Assembly: GCA_051294375.1 (NCBI GenBank)
Contig: CM119266.1
Span: 19,169,657 to 19,233,656, forward strand
Direction: 5' to 3'
Source: Paraspadella gotoi
Lineage: Eukaryota; Animalia; Chaetognatha
DNA length: 64,000 bases
Shown here one piece after another: positions 41,179-55,200 of the stretch. The position numbers were made by a program, and so were the translations under genes. The notes beneath the pieces were generated by a model. That model was not told the origin of the DNA and ran no database searches. It saw nothing but the letters and a program-made list of their open reading frames with translations. The first letter of the stretch is position 1; the number at the start of each line of letters is the position of its first letter.

Positions 41179-42031
41179 TTAGTTTTTTAAAGTATTATTA
41201 TTTGCATAAAGATTGAAATTTGGATTTTTTAAACCTACGTTACAGTCAATACAGTCATGTTATACTTAGTTTTCTTGATATTATCCTAAACTAAGGAAAA
41301 GGACTGTTATCATGCAATCCCGACCAGAGGGCCGACATACGAGGAAATAAAAGATAGTTGAAATTAAAGACGAGTAAAAACTATGAAGAGGATGAGGAAT
41401 ATTCCGAACGCAAAAAGTTGATTTGAACGTCGAGGGGGATTTTTAAATCTAAAGTTAAGCTTTGTGATTCAATTTATGATATTAAGTGGGATTTCAGCCA
41501 ATTGAACAAAGCTTCGCGTCGTGCCAGCCAATGACTCGTCGATCGTAAGTCATAATGGTATATTACCCGTGAAAAATTTGCGATATCGCCAATGGGCGCG
41601 ATGTCTTAGCGTTCCCTGACCAATCGGAATTGAACGTTTCATTGAGATCTCACTTTCACCAGACGAATCGCGTCGATCAAGAATTCACAACGAACCAATG
41701 AGAAGAGTGATTTCGCCCACATCGACGAGGCGTCTAGCAACCACAGAGGAAGTGGAAAGGGAGAGCGGAGGATGATGTAGAGGATTGGGGGCTGCTCTCG
41801 ACGGGCGGAAGGCCCGACTAGGGTTAGCGAAAACTCAGCCACGGACTGCCGCTTCCTCTTTGCCCGGGCGCCTTTTCTCTTACACTTTCGGTGCACTAAA
41901 AGAAATTACAGTTTTTTTTTTCTCGACGAAAAATTCAAAAGCGCTAAAAGTTTCATGGTTTACAAATGGAAAAAAAAAATTCATTGTTGTGATTTTGAAC
42001 TTACAACGACCAGAGAGAGGGTTATATTAAA

Positions 42032-42135
<104 letters not shown>

Positions 42136-43549
42136 CACGAATCGATCAAATCATCTTTAGTTTCTTTTTAAAAATTAGCGATCCATTTCCAAGAATTTAA
42201 TTGATATAAAGTAATTATAAAAGTATTTTTGACGAGCTATTTAATAATTTTTATAAATTATCGCGTTAAATTCTCAGTTCCCTGCATAATTGAAGGAATG
42301 CGTTCTGAAAATAAAAATGAAATTTTTTTTTTCTATCTTCAAACTTGAATCTTTTTTTGACGGGAAAGATGGGGGCTGGGCTTCGGGGAGGTTTGCAGCT
42401 CATCCCGCCGAGTTTTAAACTTCAGAACCATTTTTTTAAAATAAAATTATGCCGCAGCTTTGCCCTTACTACCTCATAATATTTGTTTCTCCATGCAGCT
42501 CTTTTTATTTATGAAATGACTGAAAAACCTAAATAGATTTTAGTTGACATAATTGTAAAGAGTAATACTTTGATAACAACGACGTCACTAAGAAGCTGAA
42601 TATATTTATCTGTTCGTTTCAAATTTGTTTACCTGCAGTTTAGTTATTATTATTTCATTGTTATTAGCTAAAGGACATTGACGCGAGAGACGACGGAAAA
42701 CTCATAAATCTTTTGTCGACGAGAAACATCATTCGATTTTTTAAAAATAAATTTTAATAAAAAAATTTTCTTCTGCTAAACTTGGGTCCACGGAATCTCT
42801 AGGAGTGAAAAAAAAAATTGAATATTTTTTTGCATGATACGCAGATGTCCTCAATCCTGAGACCTGGGTAAAAATTCTCATCCTCAGTCTGGAGTTTTTA
42901 TATACTCGGTAAATATTCTGTTCAATCGATCAATAATCTGTTAAAGGACATTTTTCTTTTCGCTTTTGTGTTTCCGGTAAACAGCGAAAGTTTATAGTAA
43001 GTTATGTATATTTACTCTTCTGGTTTTTATTCTATTTTTCTCAGATTAAGCTTTGTTAAATCACCCGTAAAATTTATTTTGGTTCATATTTTCATTTCAT
43101 AATATTCACCATTCAATTATTACATCTAAAGAAATAGTGTATCGATTTGAGTCCCTAAAATATGAAATATTGACATTTTTTTATTGTTTTTTGTGCTTTT
43201 GGTAAACAGCTTTTGTCATTTCGAAAATCGTCCTCATAAATTGAGAACAAATGTCGTATGTCATTGTTTTCAATAAGTTTCTTCGAGAAGCCTTCAGCTA
43301 AAACTAGCCATATCATGATGTTGCTCTTCAAGAATACCAATTGAAATTTAGACTTTCATATTTTAAAAAATTATTTTGTAGAGTTACCCCGGTCATTGAC
43401 AAAATGGGAAACGCTTTTCTCGAGTGACACGAAATCATTTTTTAAATTATTGGCTTCGATCTCTGGTTTAACCGAAGAAATTTATGGTGTCGCGATCCTG
43501 ATTGTGCGTCAACCTATTTATCGAGACGACATTGCTCTCGTGGATTATA

Positions 43550-43725
43550 GGATGGGGTCGCGGCGATCACGTCCCGGTCGCGTCTCATAGGCCTCGCTGC
43601 AACTCACTCTTCCGCGACGTCTCATTTATTTGCGTCTTCGATCGTCGCTGCCATCGCCGCCATTTTCCGACGCCATCTTGCCATCACTCCCCTCACTACC
43701 TCAATCTAAATATTTTCGTCGCAGG
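43550..43725 (+). promoter_or_regulatory. CpG-rich promoter or 5'UTR-like island with clustered YY1-type motifs
   Basis: GCCATC, CGCCATTTT, CGCCATCTT and GCCATC within ~40 nt (43650-43686), followed by CAG|GTGAAA. Confidence 0.35.
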
Positions 43726-43789
43726 TGAAAATTTATTAAAAAAAAATTATTTTTTTTTATTTCGTTTTTTCTTATTTATTTATTTATTT

Positions 43790-43861
43790 ATTTATTTAAT
43801 TTTTTTATTTCTTCCTTCCATTCTTTGTTTTTTACTTGCTTTCTTTATTTCTTTCTTTTTT

Positions 43862-43929
<68 letters not shown>

Positions 43930-44315
43930 TAATTTTTCTCTACTGCTTTACTTCCTCTTTCTTTCTTACTTTCTTTCTTTATTTGTTTCATTCATTAATT
44001 TTTCTCTACTTCTTTACTTCCTCTTTCTTTTTTCTTTCATTCTTTCTTTCTTTCTTTCTTTCTTTCTTTTTTTTTCTCTCTTTCTTTCTTTCTTTCATTC
44101 ATTCATTAATTTTTCTCTACTTCTTTACTTCCTCTTTTTTTTCGCTCTTTCTTTCTTTCTTTCTCTCTTTCTTTCTTTCTTTCTTTCTTTCTCTCTTTCA
44201 TTTTCTCTCCTTCTTTACTTCCTCTTTCTTTCTGCCTTTCTTTCTTTAATTTTCTCTACTTCTTTACTTCCTCTTTCTTTCTTTCTTTCTTTCTATCTTT
44301 CTTTCTTTCTTTCTT

Positions 44316-44359
<44 letters not shown>

Positions 44360-44385
44360 TAATTTTTCTCTACTTCTCTACTTCC
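43790..44385. repeat. Complex (CTTT)n microsatellite with higher-order unit TTAATTTTTCTCTACTTCTTTACTTCCTC
   Basis: Direct inspection; mirrored as (AAAG)n at 52400-52980. Confidence 0.95.
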
Positions 44386-44517
44386 TCGATTCTCTCTTAC
44401 TCTCGCTCTCACGCTCCCACAAATCTTAACCGATTTTACGTGAGTTGATGAAGTCGTAACGAAATTCTCTGACCAGTCGTTCACCCCCTGGCCCTCCTCC
44501 GTGTTGCGTTGTAGGGT

Positions 44518-44585
<68 letters not shown>

Positions 44586-44849
44586 ATCACCCCTTGCAGA
44601 TTTACCTCTCATTCTTTCTTTCACTGTTGACCGGTCACGATTAAGGTCCAATAAGGTGACCGTATTTACAACATCAGAATATTTGTGAAGAACTGACTTA
44701 GTTTTCTATTTCGGATTTAACTTTTTTTCCTTTTAATAAGTCTTTGGTTTCGCTGTGGCTTTTTTCGTCCTCGTTTCAATATGCATTCATTAGTTCGAAG
44801 GTTTTGTTTCTCTCTTGACAAGGAAATTCCTTAGATTCCCCACGATGAA

Positions 44850-44905
<56 letters not shown>

Positions 44906-46970
44906 AATGAGTTCGAAGCAGAAGTAGTTTTATCCAGTCTGCCTCCTCACAGCAGCCAACAATTTGAAATTGAAACTGTCTGAAAGTGAAACGAAGTTTT
45001 TCCGACAGTTCTTGTTTTCATTTAAATGAATTTAGCAGAAAATAATGGGGTATACGGCGGGTGGTTGTGAATCTAAAGAGAAAAACATTTGTATGTAATA
45101 CATACAAATACATACTACGTATAAAGTGGTTAAATTAAAATTTTGTATCTGATTAATAAATTGTCAATTTTTTATTCAATTATTTATAGGTTTAATATAT
45201 ATATCTCTTAGGTTTTTCTCGTTCCATAAATGTCCGAAAAATTTCTAATGTCAGGGAAAACGTTTTTTGAGACGAAAGTTGGTCAAAGTTGAGTGAGAAG
45301 AGGACGGAGTTTTCCTCGAAAGCTTTTCTCTCTCTCTCTCTCAATCGGCTCGTGGATGATCTTTAGAATTGATTTATCGTCGATCTGGCCGTCGTGATCA
45401 TCGGCGGCGGTGGCCCTCTATACAGCAGCCGGTTTGTTGTAGTTATCGTCCAAATTAACGATTATTTGCGATCCCGGCTCAAGGAATACATGCACTTCCG
45501 ATGTGGCGATTCCAGCCTGAGCTCATTCTCACTCGAGAGTCATTTCTTTATCCGGTATCATTTTAGACACTATTTTCTGCATTCTTCCTATGTCATTCTT
45601 TCATTTTCTCGACAAATCCTTTTCCTACTGTCGGTATCTCATTCCATCCTTCATTCCTTCGTGAATTGTGATCCGCTTCAGAGAATGAAACAGTTCCTTT
45701 CCAAATTCGTCCTTCAACAGTTAAAATCCAGAGTTTACGACTCCTTAAGTAAAATGCGTGAAATTAAATGCCACGGTTCTTCACGGGGCCGATGGAAGTT
45801 AATGTTCGGCGTCAATCGTGAACTTATGTACGTAGTGCCGTTTGCTTTACTGACAGCAATCACGTTTCCCGGGTCTCATGACAGGTCGGGTCTCCGATTG
45901 CATGGTAGAGCTTCACACAAATAGAAAAAAGTATCTAGATTTTTATGTTTCTAATTGTATGTTTAAAGTTAAACTTGATAATATTTTTATAACTTAGTTA
46001 ATCTATTCCTTAAGTCGTCTCTAATTGGGAGAGGGGAATTCTGTCACGAGCCGCCACGGCGTTTAAAGTAAAATTCCGTGAGTGAAGATCAGATCTGTAA
46101 GTGGGTGGCTGTGTGTGTGTGCAAAGTTAACCGCAGTTTTCGCATGCGCTTTTTGGCCCGTTTTGGGCCTTTTTGGGCCTTTTTGGCCTTTAAGACTCGA
46201 GAACCTCTTTGTTTATCGAAAATCCATTCGGGTTGACGGTGTCGGGGGAACCTTTCGACTATTGTTAGTTTATCTTTCTAGAAGGAGATGAAAACTCATT
46301 CCAACTTTTATTCTCTTCCTCTTCTTTCTCTTTTTTTTCCTCGTTTATTTACTTATGCCATATTTTTTTTCCCTTTTGTTTTAAGTCGTCCAAATTTTTT
46401 TTCGTTGTTGTTCGTAAAAACGATGAACATTCAACGAAACCCAATTAATTTTTTATCATTCTCCCCCCCCCCCTTCTACTGCCAACTTCAACATCCCATC
46501 CGCGGAACCTTAAATCGAATCTCCATTAAAAAAATCAATCGGAATTTATTCCGTCAATTTTCGAAATTTTTCTGATGTGAATTCGGATGCATCACGATTT
46601 TATATTCGTTGTCCTTCGCGACATCGGATCTTCTCTTTCTCCAATGACCGCATCGATAAACAAACTTGGGATTCCCTACTTTCCCACCACGTCGGTCTGC
46701 GATTCTGTGGATTTTAATCGACAACTTCCGACGATGCCCTTGCAAAAAAAAAAAAAAACTCTTAAAGGACCCGTGTAGTCGAGGGTCCACCGACGACTAC
46801 TTTTGAGGCCAGGCACCGGATTATCTTTTTTTTTTCAATTTTTCGTCGGATTAAAACGTGTGACATCATTTTTTAACTTAATGAAACGCAAAGAGAAAGA
46901 TTCGTTAAAAAAGAAATCCCTAAGTATTTCCTTTCTGACGAGAAAGTTAGAAACGGCCCGAAAACTTGGC

Positions 46971-47214
46971 ATGATGCGTATATTCGTCTCGAACTGGACG
47001 TCATCGTCGATGTCTTCGTCGCCACACCCCTCCTCCCCTACCCTCCCCCACACAGTCGGTGCCCGCCAGCACAAAGCCTGTCGCGGCGGCGCCAATCAGA
47101 ACCATCGGCGAAAGTCCCAACCGCCGCGACCCGCTGTGCCGCCGCCACCCCTGCCCGCCGCTTTCCAAGGATTAGTTTTCTTTTTCGTCGCCTGCGCCAT
47201 TTTGTCATCGCAAG
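46971..47214 (+). CDS. Putative first coding exon of a secreted or membrane protein (Pro/Ser-rich N-terminus, then hydrophobic LVFFFVACAILSSQG)
   Basis: ATG-initiated GC-rich open frame ending at strong donor AG|GTAAGG. No downstream exons found before the gap. A frameshifted inverted copy lies at ~49377-49622. Confidence 0.4.
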
Positions 47215-47983
47215 GTAAGGAGGCGAACTTTTAAATTGTTATAAAAATTGACTGCTTCTTAATCGTAAACGCGAAAATGCAGACTTTTTTGACTGTTAAA
47301 AATCCTGCATCACACACGAGCGTTTTTGTTGCTTAAACTTCGTCTATCAGCGAAACTGTTTTTACTGCTCTCTCTCTCGTTTTCCCTTTGCATCGTCAGT
47401 TATTCTTTGCATTCTTAATTTTAATTACAAATCTTCAATCAGGTTATGAAGAATAAAAGGGCTGATAAGAGGGATTAGATTTTTTTAAGATTAATGCTAT
47501 TTACTAATTCTAAAAATGTTTTCAGTATTTAAGGAAAACTAATGTTTTACTTAAAACTTACAGCGGAACAAATTACCTCCTTTGAACATATCTTTTTTGT
47601 CCTCAATGAGGAAAAGGCGTGAGAACCGACTTAGTTTTCAACGTATCGTGAATGAGTGATATTTTCTGTCGTCATCGTCGTCACCGGCTTCTCCCCGCGA
47701 TGTTCAGGTGTTCGTCATCAAAGTGAATTTATTTTCAACCCTCCCCGCGGGGGAAGAGTAATTCTCGAGTTTCGGGAATCGGAACCCCGTCACTTTTTAA
47801 AAGAAATAATTGGGAGAAGACAGAGTCATCTTTCGAGTTTAAAAAAAAATGGGAGACTAGATCAAGAGGTTGTTTGAGTGAAAATAAGTTTCGAAGAGTT
47901 ATTTGAAAGGTTTTTTCTAAGTGGAACCCAATACGAAAAAAGACTCGGAACGCCAGACCACGGCTTCTAGTATTTTGGGTTTG

Positions 47984-48008
47984 NNNNNNNNNNNNNNNNN
48001 NNNNNNNN
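47984..48008. other. Assembly gap (25 N)
   Basis: Run of n. Confidence 1.
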
Positions 48009-51000
48009 GAGAACATAGTGCATTTTAGTTCTTATCTGAGAAAGTACAGATTGGTTTTGCAGATTTGGTTTAATTTAACAATAAATACATGATACGACTA
48101 TTAAAAAATGAAATAGTATACCTACGTTCTGCTACTTATAAAAAAGAGAATTGAAGAAAATTGAAAAAAGAGAGAGGAAAAAAAAAAAAAATACACTCTA
48201 AGTAATATCAACACTCTCTTATATCGGCAAGAATAAGCCAGGTCGGTCATGGCGTTTCTCGAGTCTTTTTGTACGTATTGGAGAGTCGATGCACTTGAGA
48301 TCAATTGATTCACTTATACAAATAAACATTCTTCCGATATACTTATTACCATTCAATCATAATCAATTCCTATCTTGAATTAGTCTCATGCTTATTTACT
48401 CACATTGTATTTTCTCTATATTATAACAGCATGAGAATGATATTTGAACTCTGTCTTATATCCTAATCTTAACTTTACTAATTATAATAGTAAGCGTAGT
48501 ACGGGGAGTTGAGATATTGCACGCCTAAGAGCAAACCTAAACGCAAAAGAAATTACGAGTCGAGGCACTTACATCTTTCCTAAACCAGCGGAGGAGGGTT
48601 GTAATAACCTAAATATAATAAACAGCACACATAATAATTACGAGTATACTGAACGAACACAGCTGAACGCGGCGAGACATAAGGCCCAGCGCTGAACTAA
48701 GACGAATATAAACGAACTTATGAATTATAATCTCAGCACTTCATCTGAAATTATCATTCGATAAACAGCGTTGAAGAACACTTAAGTTATGGAAATTATA
48801 CTCTCACGCCTTTACCTCATTGTATATCACAAAAAAAGATATTGTTCTAAAAAAAAAACTAAAGCTTATCATCAAATTAGTCAACAGGCATAAATAGATG
48901 CTTGCTTTCCGTTTCTGATGTAAAAAGTGTCTCTCTTTAAGAAAATATCATTAAGGTTTCTCGCCAATGAGATACTGAACATACGATTCTTTAAGAAGTT
49001 TAGTCAATTATTGAAGGCATGGTAGATCTTAAAAAGAGAGAGAGTGGCTTGACCCGATCTCTATCAAGCATCTAACACTTTAAAGTTACTCATCGAAAAC
49101 CTGGACACGTAAGTGACAGATTTGTAAATCTAAAAATCTTAAGAGATGGCAAAAATATCACTCGTATCGATTGTCAATAGGCAAAGATCGACGAAGAAGA
49201 AAGTATGGCTAATAATTATATATCAGTTATTTCTCGCTGATAGACGAAGTTTAAGCCAACAAAAAACGCTCGTGGTGTGATGCAGGATTTTTAACAGTCA
49301 AACAGTCTGCATTTTCGCGTTTACGATTAAGAAGCAGTCAATTTTTTATAAACAATTTAAAAGTTTCGCCTCCTTACCTTGGATGACAAAATGGCGCAGG
49401 CGACGAAAAAGAAACTAATCCTTGGAAAGCGGCGGGCAGGGTGGCGGGCGGCAGCAGCGGTGCGCGGCGGTTGGGACTTTCGCCGATGGTTTCTGATTGC
49501 GCCGCCGCGACAGGCTTTGTGCTGGCGGGCACCGACTGTGTGGGGGAGGGTAAGGGGGAGGAGGGGTGTGGCGCGAAGACATCGAGCGATGACGTCCAGT
49601 TCGAGACGAATATACGCATCATGCCAAAGTTTTCGGGCCGTTTCTAACTTTCTCTCGTCAGAAAGGAAATACTTAGGGATTTCTTTTTAACGAATCTTTC
49701 TCTTTGCGTTTCATTAAGTTAAAAAATGATGTCACACGTTTTAATCCGACGAAAAAATTGAAAAAAAAAAGATAATCCGGTGCCTGGCCTCAAAAGTAGT
49801 CGTCGTGGGACCCTCGACTACAGGCGGGTCCTTTAAGAAGTTTTTTTTTTTTTTGCCAAGGGCCATCGTCGGAAGTTGTCGATTAAAATCCACAGAATCG
49901 CAGACCGACGTGGTGGGAAAGTAGGGAATCCCCAAGTTTGTTTATGCGATGCACGCGTCTTGGAGAAAGAAGAAGATCCGATGTCGGCGAAGGACAACGA
50001 ATATAAAATCGTGATGCACTCGAATTCACATCAGAAAAATTTCGAAAAATTGACGGAATAAATTCCGATTGATTTTTTAATGGAGATTCGATTTAATGTT
50101 CGCGCGGATGGGATGTTGAAGTTGGCAGTAGAAGGGGGGGGGGGGGAGAATGATAAAAAATTAATTGGGTTTGTTGAATGTTCATCGTTTTAGCGAACAA
50201 ACAACGAAAAAAAATTTGGACGACTTAAAAACAAAAGGGAAAAAAAATATGGCATAAGTAAATAAACGAGGGAAAAAACAGAAGAAGAGGAAGAGAATAA
50301 AAGTTGGAATGAGTTTTCATCTCCTTCTAGAAAAGATAAACTAACAATATAGTCGAAAGGTCTCCCCCGACACCGTCAACCCGAATGGATTTTGCATAAA
50401 CAAAGAGGTTCTCGAGTCTTAAAGGCCAAAAAGGCCAAAAAGGCCAAAACGGGCCAAAAAGCGCATGCGAAAACTGCGGTTAACTTTGCACACACACACA
50501 GCGCACCCACTTACAGACTCTGATCTTCACTCACGGAATTTTACTTTAAACGCGCGTGGCGGCTCGTGACAGAATTCCCCTTCCCAATTAGAGACGACTT
50601 AAGGAATAGATTAACTAAGTTATAAAAATATTATCAAGTTTAACTTTAAACATACAATTAGAAACATAAAAATCTAGATACTTTTTTCTATTTGTGTGAA
50701 GCTTCTACCATGCAATCGGAGACCCGACCCTGTCATGAGACCCGGGAAACGTGATTGCTGTCAGTAAAGCAAACGGCACTGACGTACATAAAGTTCCGAT
50801 TGACCGCGACATTAACTTCCATCGGCCCGTAGCAAGAACCGTTGCGCGATTTAATTTTCACGCCCATTTTAACTTAGAGGAGTCGTAAACCTACTGGAAT
50901 TTTTAACTGTTTGAACGACGAATTTGGAAAGGAACTGTTTCATTCTCTGAAGCGGATCACAATTCACGAAGGAATGAAGGATGGAATGAGATACCGACAG

Positions 51001-51796
51001 TAGGAAAAGGGATTTGTCGAAAAAATGAAAGAATGACATAGAAAGAATGCAGAAATAGTGTCCAAAATGATACCGGATAAAAAAATGAGACTCTCGAGTG
51101 AGAATGAGCTCAGGCTGGAATCGCCACATCGGAAGTGCATGTATTCCTTGAGCCGGGATCGCAAATAATGCGTTAATTTGGACGAATAACTACAAACAAA
51201 CCGGCTGCTGTTAAGAGGGCCACCGCCGCCGATGATCACGACGGCCAGCATCGACGATAAATCAATTTCTAAAGATCATCCACGAGCCGATTGCAGAGAG
51301 AGAGAGAGAAAAGCTTTCGAGGAAAACTCCGTCCTCTTCTCACTCAACTTTACCAACTTTCGTCTCAAAAAACGTTTTCCCTGACATTAGAAATTTTTCG
51401 GACATTTATGGAACGAGAAAAACGCTAAGAAGATATATATATTAAACCTATAAAATAATTGAATAAAAAATTGACAATTTATTAATCAGATACAAAATTT
51501 TAATTTAACCACTTTATAGCTAGTATGTATTTGTATGTATTACATACAAATGTTTTTCTCTTTAGATTCACAACCACCCGCCGTATACCCCATTATTTTC
51601 TGCTAAAATTCATTTACAATGAAAACAAGAACTGTCGGAAAAACTTCGTTTCACTTTCAGACAGTTTCCATTTCAAATTGTTGGCTGCTGGTGAGGAGGC
51701 AGACTGGATAAAAAACTACTTCTGCTTCGAACTCAATTTACTTCTCTCTCTCTCTCTCCTCCTCTCTTCTCTTTCTCTTCTCTCTCTATCTTCCTT

Positions 51797-51851
<55 letters not shown>

Positions 51852-52160
51852 CTCTCTCCTCTCTCTCTTCTCTATCTCTTCTCTCCTCTCTCTCTCTTTT
51901 CATCGTGGGGAATCTAAGGAATTCCTTGTCAAGAGAGAAACAAAACCTTCGAACTAATGAATGCATATTGAAACGGAGGAACGAAAAGCCACAGGAAACC
52001 AAAGACTTATTAAAAGGAAAAAAAAGTTAAATCCGAATAGAAAACTAAGTCAGTTCTTCACAAATATTCTGATGTTGTAAATACGGTCACCTTATTGGAC
52101 CTTTAATCGTGACCGGTCAACAGTGAAGAAAGAATGAGAGGTAAATCTGCAAGGGGTGAT

Positions 52161-52224
<64 letters not shown>

Positions 52225-55200
52225 AGAGGAGAAAGACGAGAGAGAGAGAGAGAGAGGACCACCCTACAACGCAACACGGAGGAGGGCCAGGGGCCGGTGA
52301 ACGACTGGTCAGAGAATTTCGTTACGACTTCATCAACTCACGTAAAATCGGTTAAGATTTTGGTGGGAGCGTGAGAGCGAGAGTAAGAGAGAAATCGAGG
52401 AAGTAGAGAAGTATGAGAAAAATTAAAGAAGAAGAAAAGAAGAAAAGAAAGAAGAAGAAGATGAAGAAAGAAAGAAAGATAGAAAGAAAGATAAGAAAGA
52501 AGAAAGAAAGAAAGAAAAGAGGAAGTAAAGAAGTAAGAGAAAATTAAAGAAGAAAGGGCAGAAAGAAAGGGAAGTAAAGAAGGAGAGAAAATGACGAAAG
52601 AGAAAGAAAGAAAGAAAGAAAGAACAGAGAGAAAGAAAGAAAGAAAGAGCGAAAAAAAAGAGGAAGTAAAGAAGTAGAGAAAAATTAATGAATGAATGAA
52701 AGAAGAAAGAAAGAGAGAAAAAAAACAGAAAGAAAGAAAGAAAGAAAGAAAGAATTGAAAGAGAAAAGAAAGAGGAACGTAAAGAAGTAGAGAAAAATTA
52801 ACGAATGAAACAAATAAAAAGAAAGAAAGAAAGAACAGAAAGAAAGAACTTTAAAGAAAGAAAGAAAGAAAGAGGAAGTAAAGAAGTCTAGACGAATAGC
52901 AAATTAAAGAAAGAAAGAAGAAAGAAGAAAGAAGAAGGAAGAAATAAAAGAGGAGTAAAGGAAGTAGAGAAAGAATTAATGAATCTGAAAATCAGTTTAA
53001 TGTAAGCGTTTTTATTCAAATGCAACAGGGTTGGATCAGTACAAACATTTAAAGAAAAACATGCAAAATTAATGAAGCAAGTGTGGAAGGAAGAAAAAAA
53101 TAAATACATATGTATTTTTAAATCTAAAAATAAAATTCCTGGGTGAAACTAAGAAATACATTTTAGTACATATTATTATTATTAGTACATATTATTATCC
53201 TTCTTATACATGAAATACGAAACAATTTTTATCAGTACTCTCATACCAAGAGCCTATATGTAGCCGAATTGATATTTTCGGGTATTTCAAAATTGATTTC
53301 GAAGTTGAGAAATTTTCTCTTTCAAAATTTTCGATCTTTCGAATGAAGCGAGATCTCAAGAGGAGCCTTCCTTGTTTTCATTTCAGTAACGAAATTTTGA
53401 AGTCTATTTTTGTTTTTTTTATTCCTATCTCACTAGTTCTTAAAGCTTAACTTTATTTCAAAATTTAACGTTAAATATTTTTATTTGCTTTTCGGTTTTA
53501 TCGCGGTTGTAAAAACCTTGGTCTGTCCAATGATTTGTGAGTTTCTCTCTCTCTTTCGCTCAACACGGAGGTACATGTTTAGTTTTTGACGGGCGTGACT
53601 CCCGACTTTAGACTCCCCCGTAAAATTTTTGAATCGATAAATGGGTCAAAGGTTCGCTAACAATCGTTTTCATATTTTAATGTCGGTTGGGGGAACGGGT
53701 TGGCGCGTTGGGGTCTGGGAGAAACCTGGATACGGATAGTGTTCAATGAACACTGGACAGCGCCTGTCATCGTTTTGTGCTCCGTCACTTCCCCTCCGTT
53801 TGTGGGAATCCATTCGCCGTATTTCCATGGCGACGAACCTGAAGACGTGTATCCACACAAAATGTGTGAATGAAAGGGTTGACGGAAAATATTTTTAAAC
53901 AATTTTTTTTCTAATATTCGTGCATTTTTTTTAATTTACATTTTAAACTATTTTTCCTTTTTATTATCTATATTTATTCATAAAGCAAAAACGAATTTTA
54001 AAGTAATTTTAAACGAGAACACATAAGTATTTTAAAAATTGTAAATTTGTATATATAAAAAAATTCTACTTACATTTCTTCTCAGTTGAGAAATCGGTAC
54101 TCGAGAGGTTTGTCCTTCAGTACGACGGTAAACTGAAAAAAGTATTAATCCCTGAGAAAATTCTTCATCAAATATGAAGGTTCAACAAAAAAAAAAGATT
54201 AGAACAGAATATTTTTTATTCAGCATAAGAATTCTTAAGCAAAAAGACATCTGATCAGTTGAATCCTTTAAGGCGACCTCAATCCAATGGCCACCCTTAA
54301 AAGAGAAGTGCATATTTTTCCGACAGATTTAAAATAATTTAAAATAACGCCTTGCTCTTAGTTATATATGCAAAAAACAATGTAAACTGTTTCATGACTA
54401 TATTGAATGTTGATGCCGGTGGCGAGTGCTTGTGTTCTCGCTTTCAAGTAAAACTAATCTGTAATCAAAACAAATTTAAATTTAATACCCAAGTTGATGA
54501 AAATCGAGTTGAATTCATTTGTATGGCTGCAGAAATATTTAAAAAAAGTGCTTAAAAAACCTAAAATTCAGTTTCTGCTCCAAATCCTTCTGCTTCTTCT
54601 GCGCTCATTAATCGTTGTGCGAAAATTATTTTTAAATCTCGCACAAACGCTGCTTAGCGTAGCGGCAGAATTTGCTATTACCCACTGAGTATTCACTGAG
54701 TTTACTCAGGGTTAACTGTTCGCCTTCGTGGCACGATGCCCTGTTACGTATTATTTTTTGGACATTAGTTTTTCTTCTTTCTTTTCTTTTAGTTTGTTTT
54801 TTTAAGGTATTCTTTTTTATTTCAGACACATGCAAGAGATCTTGAAGGAGATATATAATTTTTTTTTTTTGAAGGTTAAATTTTTTTATATGTTGAGTCG
54901 GGATCGATTATATTACAATTTCTCCGCTGATTTTTTCTTTGATGATAACGAAGCGGAAGAGGGCGCATATTGTGGGGAAGGGGCGGGGCGGTAGGATCGA
55001 GTGGGGGAGTACCGACCAGCTGGCCGGGTGTGAGGGCCAAAAATTACTTTGAATATATCGCCGCTGACCCAAATGAGAGGGACCGACCGACCGTGGTTGC
55101 CCGATCAAGGAAAAAAAAAGCTAGCCAAGTCGAAACTGGTGATTAGAAAGTTGTGGCATTCTTTGTTTATTCTTCGTTCGATCGAGATCCAATCGAGGCT

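Larger units (their letters stand above)
43960..52830. repeat. Large inverted duplication around the N gap (arms ~43960-47355 and ~49232-52830)
   Basis: Right arm is the reverse complement of the left with many 1-2 nt indels; degraded similarity continues inward to ~48780. Confidence 0.95.

Noticed and set aside
43502-44362. 286-aa Phe/Leu/Ser-rich ORF and similar ORFs over CT/GA repeats
   Set aside because: Translation of microsatellites.
48009-49230. Unique spacer sequence with ORFs
   Set aside because: Partly a heavily corrupted reverse complement of 47355-47983; unreliable sequence.
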